Source of the DNA: Octopus bimaculoides
Taxonomy: Eukaryota
DNA: 56,047 nt
NCBI RefSeq assembly: GCF_001194135.2
Contig: NC_068985.1
Location: 125,691,102-125,747,148, forward strand
Direction of reading: 5' to 3'
The position numbers and the translations under genes are program-made. The first letter of the stretch is position 1; each line of letters opens with the position of its first letter. The notes below the pieces were generated by a model that had not been told where the DNA came from, did no database searches, and saw nothing but the letters and a program-made list of their open reading frames with translations. Below are positions 50,661-56,047 of this stretch, in pieces.

Positions 50661-50824
50661 TTGTAATTTCCGTATAATAAATTCTACCTTATTATTTATA
50701 ATAATAACCTAATGATCCATAATGCATTAACAAATCCACAGATTTAGAGGTGAGATACATTATTCATTAAGTCATAACTATTTATAAACCTATCTTAACA
50801 ATTTGTATTGCTTTCTTCCTGCAG

Positions 50825-50935
50825 ATGGCATCTATGAGTAATAAGTCGTTTCATATTTCTATTTCTGCACATCAGCGAAAATACATAGTTACACATTTAC
50901 ATACTGATTCTTCCATCGCTAACTGGACAAAAATG
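50825..50935 (+). CDS. Candidate exon
   Basis: Strong acceptor (cttaac branch, ttgctttcttcctgcag). Frame 0 is open for 37 codons up to G|GTGAAG; alternatively a phase-1 DGIYE* terminal exon. No homolog recognised. Confidence 0.25.
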
Positions 50936-51619
50936 GTGAAGTGTATATGCTGCGCTGAAGACTTTATAACTAAGGCAAAACATGTCCCAAGTTGTTTCCC
51001 TTACTTGCCAAAGAATTCAAAACAATATCAACCTATTTTTACCGATGACTAGCATTTCTTTGTTTCGTAATATTAACTGAACTCCTTAATATTAACTGAT
51101 AACTAACATTTCTTTGTTTGTTCCTTTTTTCTCGGTGCTGTATAAACTAACATTTCGATTCTCCTTGCATTAAATATATCAACACTAACATAACTAGTAT
51201 TTGTTTGTTTTATTATTTTCTTATGCGGATGGCGTCTAAGAGTAATTTATTGTCTAAACATTCTTATTTTATCTACCATCGAAGGGTGAAGACACAAATT
51301 TGAGACAGGTGTGATTCGAATTCAGAAGCAAAGCATTCGAAGCAAAACAGAAAATAATAATATACACGGTGCCCAAATGTCTCCGTTGTATAATTTGAGA
51401 TTTCATTCATGTTTCACCAGCCTAGCATTCGCTCTCTTTTAATTGATTTCTTTGTTGTTGTTGTTGTTTGATGATGTTGATGCTGATGTTGTTTGTATGG
51501 AATTGTTCTTGTTTTTACTGAGATTTTTTTTCTGCTCTACTTCAACTCTAAAATGGTAAGCCAAATGCGTCTACGGAGTGGTGATCATCAAGGAGATATG
51601 CTTTTCCGCATATTCTTGA

Positions 51620-51674
51620 TGGTGATGATGATGATGATGATGATGAGGATGATGATGATGAGGAGGATGATGGT

Positions 51675-51709
<35 letters not shown>

Positions 51710-52400
51710 TGATGACGACGGCGAAAAAGAAGAAGATGAAGACGAAGAAGAAGAAGAAGAAGAAGAAGANNNNNNNNNNNNNNNNNNNNNNNNNNNNNNN
51801 NNNNNNNNNNNNNNNNNNNNNNNNNNNNNNNNNNNNNNNNNNNNNNNNNNNNNNNNNNNNNNNNNNNNNNNNNNNNNNNNNNNNNNNNNNNNNNNNNNNN
51901 NNNNNNNNNNNNNNNNNNNNNNNNNNNNNNNNNNNNNNNNNNNNNNNNNNNNNNNNNNNNNNNNNNNNNNNNNNNNNNNNNNNNNNNNNNNNNNNNNNNN
52001 NNNNNNNNNNNNNNNNNNNNNNNNNNNNNNNNNNNNNNNNNNNNNNNNNNNNNNNNNNNNNNNNNNNNNNNNNNNNNNNNNNNNNNNNNNNNNNNNNNNN
52101 NNNNNNNNNNNNNNNNNNNNNNNNNNNNNNNNNNNNNNNNNNNNNNNNNNNNNNNNNNNNNNNNNNNNNNNNNNNNNNNNNNNNNNNNNNNNNNNNNNNN
52201 NTGATTATGATATCGATGATAATGATGATGATGACGATGATGGTGATGATGATGACGACGATGATGATGATGATTATGATGTCGATGATAATGATGATGA
52301 TGACGATGATGATGATTGATGATGACGACGATGATGATGATTGATGATGATGATAAGGAGGAGGAGGGGGGGAATTATGATGATGATGATGACGATGCTG
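51620..52400. repeat. (GAT)n/(GGC)n/(GAA)n trinucleotide tracts around a gap
   Basis: Direct reading. Confidence 0.9.
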
Positions 52401-52520
52401 TCATTTGCTAACGTGTTGATAGCGTCATCTTTAACTGAATGCTGTTGGTCAGGCCATTCGAGATTGCATATGCGTGCAGTCTATTTTTCTAGAACTGTAG
52501 CGGGAATGTGTTTACGTGTG

Positions 52521-52567
<47 letters not shown>

Positions 52568-52934
52568 GTGTGAGGGAGGAAGTGAGGCAGGTAGATATTC
52601 CCATAACAATCATTAGTTCCCGGGCTCAAGCCAACCGCAAGAGATTTTATGCATGTGTTTTCTTCCATAGACCTTCCAGCGAAGCTAAGCTCCATTAATA
52701 AAGTTGAGCAGATGAAAACTATATGGGACACCCAGGCCTGTCCCCCAAAATTTTGCGCTGGGCGTGGATATGACTCAAAATATTTTAGGTAGGCACTCCA
52801 TTTTTAATAATGCTAAAGTAGAGTTTCGAAATAAGTGTATCGATGCAAATCTGAGGGTGCACCATTGAATAGTGAGCGACCACTACCGTTCAGTGCAACC
52901 CGCAGTGACGTGCATGGGAACAGCACCGGATGGG

Positions 52935-53030
52935 GTGTATCTGTAATTCAAATGGTACAGCCACGCCACACACACTCTGTCACGCACATTGTGACTGAGA
53001 ATCATGTCTGTGGAATACTCAACCACTTAA
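52935..53030 (+). mobile_element. Family C SINE body relic
   Basis: ctgtaattcaaatggtacagcc...gtctgtggaatactcaaccactt resembles 19838-19940. Confidence 0.55.
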
Positions 53031-53404
53031 AGTATGATAGAACATAAACCGCACTTCTAATTCAAAGGATCCACGCTTATTTTGCTAGTGGCTACACATG
53101 TATTTGGCTACATGCTAATATTTAATCGGTAGGTAGCTCAGTTACACAAATATTTAAAACATTCATAGTCGATACCGACGGAAGACCTATTCCCTCCTTT
53201 TCTGTTCTTGTTTGTTAATTACATATTGAAATAAATGAATGTGCATGTGCGGTTTTGTACATGTAATTCTGTATTAATGTCAACGAGAGTGCAAATATCT
53301 GCTTCTCATTGTATTAGAGTTTACGTATGTATGTAAATAAGTAGGATGTATATTTAAAATATATACAACCATATAAACATACATACATCCATACATATAA
53401 ATAA

Positions 53405-53452
<48 letters not shown>

Positions 53453-53687
53453 NNNNNNNNNNNNNNNNNNNNNNNNNNNNNNNNNNNNNNNNNNNNNNNN
53501 NNNNNNNNNNNNNNNNNNNNNNNNNNNNNNNNNNNNNNNNNNNNNNNNNNNNNNNNNNNNNNNNNNNNNNNNNNNNNNNNNNNNNNNNNNNNNNNNNNNN
53601 NNNNNNNNNNNNNNNNNNNNNNNNNNNNNNNNNNNNNNNNNNNNNNNNNNNNNNNNNNNNNNNNNNNNNNNNNNNNNNNNNNNNNNN

Positions 53688-53729
<42 letters not shown>

Positions 53730-54394
53730 TGTGTGTGTGCATGTGTGCATAAATTAACTGCATTAAAAAAATAGCAGAGAATAAATATTTGGAAATAAGT
53801 GTATATATTACCGGGACCGATCGCATTTCTCTGTGGTCTAGCAGAGTAGCTTTGTAGAGGGCACAGCAAGAAGTTTCATCAACTGGAATTAAATGACGAA
53901 CGACTTTAAGATTTCCGGATTAAATATGCACGCATGAGCAAAGCCTCTAGATATCAAAATTCGTTGAAGCTACAAGAAAATACAAAACAATTTATACATA
54001 GAATTGCTATTGCGAAAACAACGTCTACATATATTTTCATTAACGTATTCAAAGCAATCAATATAAATATATTTTTTTAACATACACCGCGAAAACTATG
54101 CTAGGAGTCTACAAGAATAAGATAGAATTAAGTTTTAAGATTTACTGAGTGGTCTAGTAGATTCCTACATTAGAAGGCACATTTTGATGTATTTTGAAAT
54201 ATATTACGTGTGTGCGTTAGAGAAAGAGAAAGAGAGAGAGTGGGGAGTAGGGAGAGAAAGTGAAAGAAAGATAAAGGTCCTCATATCGGCACTTCTGCGT
54301 TTGCAAAGTTTATCAAGAACCTGGCAATGTCCTACTATAGCACTGTCAAACAAATATTTCTCGGAATTATCCAAGGATCCTTCAGAAAGTTTCA

Positions 54395-54720
54395 ACCGGC
54401 TAATTTGAAATGAACTTAAAATGTAAAGAGTTAGAATAAATACCGCAAGCTATTTTGTTCGATGCTCTAACAATTCTACCGGCACACCAGTGTAATAATT
54501 ATTTCAAATTAAAGCACAAGGCCAGCAATTAGGAAGAGCAGCGATTAGTTGATTATATCGACTCCAAAATTTGACTTGTGCTTTATATTATCAGCTTTCA
54601 AATGAAATAAGGCAAAGTTGTAAGGACAAATTTGTAGTGAAGAATTTGTCGACGAAACAGACTCCAGCACATAACTGGTACTTTGTTTTCGGAACGGGGG
54701 AGATAAAGTTAATAATTCCC
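54395..54720 (-). mobile_element. Cluster of degraded family B SINE fragments
   Basis: aatttgaaatgaac...aattctaccgg; gcacaaggccagcaatt...atatcgactcc; ccagcacataactggtacttt. Confidence 0.55.
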
Positions 54721-54999
54721 AGTTATACGTCATCAAAATGTGTACAATTTGTATTATATTATTAAAACAACCAGTTAAAACAGGATAAAATAGATAAAAA
54801 TAAAACGAAGGAAAGCACGTTAAGGAGAGAGTTGTCACTCACGAACGAAGATAACTCATAAGAATGTACCATGCTTTCATTTATTGCTTTAGGTGCGTAC
54901 TTAATCGCGTGCAGACACAGGCACCCGAAGGTCCAACACACTATTGAACCAGCGGAATATTCAGAATGCGATTGATGGTGTGGGAGAGACCACTTCACC

Positions 55000-55168
55000 A
55001 GCTCTCAGCTGGTACTAAGTTCTGCTGTGTTAACTAGAGCACTATGAAATAAACTGTTTTGCTATTGAACAAAACAGGTCTCCTTGTACACTAACCAATG
55101 CAGGAATCGAAAATACGATTTTACGATTGTGAACCCAACATTCTACTCACTAACTAGGCTACACGCCC
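55000..55168 (-). mobile_element. Old tRNA-CORE SINE relic
   Basis: aggaatcgaaaatacgattttacgattgtgaacccaacattctactcactaactaggctacacgcc parallels the head at 7560-7625. Confidence 0.5.
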
Positions 55169-55952
55169 TGACAAGTACGGTGGAGATAGAAATAAAAATA
55201 GCTGTGAAAGCGAAGGATATGTAAAGAAAATATGAATAACTCTTAAGCAGTTATTGCAACTTATGTCAGTGGTATTGACAACTGAGACTGGTACATGAAC
55301 TTTTGACTCACCTCACTGAAATAACACATCGGTGTCATAGGCGAAAGGGCAAAGAAGGTTTTTGTTGTGGCGTGGTGAAGTGCTGGCATGGTTGTTGTAC
55401 TCGTTATGGCAGTTTGAAGGTGATGGTGAGGCATGGTGTTGTCTGATTGTGATGGTGTGATGTGGTGTAGTTTGATGGTGATAGTGTGGAGTGGTGTGTG
55501 CAATGCCATGCCAGCTATTGAGTGTTCTCAATTAGATGAAACAATTGTGCTAACGACGACGACAGCACCGATGATGATGATGATGAGGAGGAGGAGGAGG
55601 AGGAGGGCGATGGTGGTGGCTACGACGTGGATGATGATGACGATGTCGACAATATAAACAAAAACAATATTTTTACACAACAATATAAAAAGAAAACGCA
55701 CACCTTCCTTCCTTCCTTTTATTATTTCTGGCACTTTTCTTCAGGGTCCATTATTTTGCCTCCTCTCATTCATCCTTCTATTTATCGAGCAAGTAACAAC
55801 TCATTATTCCCTTACCTTGCGTTCTCGCCATCTCTTTCGCACTATCTGTTTGTCTGCGTATCTGTGTGTCACTTACAGTCACGCTCTCTTTTTATCTTTC
55901 TCTCACTCACTCTCATTCGCTGTTTATTCTTCTTTTATATATATTTTCCTCG

Positions 55953-55992
<40 letters not shown>

Positions 55993-56047
55993 ATATATGA
56001 GTATATGCATATATATGTACATGTATGAACATACCTTCATCTACATG

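Noticed and set aside
1272-53869. Long ORFs containing X runs or YIYI, CVCV, HTHT and poly-L/M tracts
   Set aside because: They are translations of N gaps and microsatellites, not genes.

Overview
AT-rich, microsatellite-dense eukaryotic DNA with about two dozen N gaps. The SINE families look like those of Octopus, probably an O. bimaculoides-type draft scaffold; this is inferred from memory of the repeats and not verified. No complete protein-coding gene is visible. Most long entries in the ORF track are artefacts of N runs and microsatellites. The window is mostly intron-like or intergenic DNA filled with tRNA-derived SINEs (several CORE-type families and one Meta/Nin-like family), decayed Tc1/mariner elements (including a fold-back DD41D derivative and two copies sharing one internal deletion), two R4/Dong-clade non-LTR fragments, a non-autonomous Helitron, a (TTA)n-flanked non-coding element and a 1-kb TTCCTGGAAAGTTCC minisatellite. 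There are a few low-confidence candidate exons on the + strand. The most unusual signal is a near-intact type I hammerhead ribozyme with a palindromic stem III at 15.8 kb (- strand).
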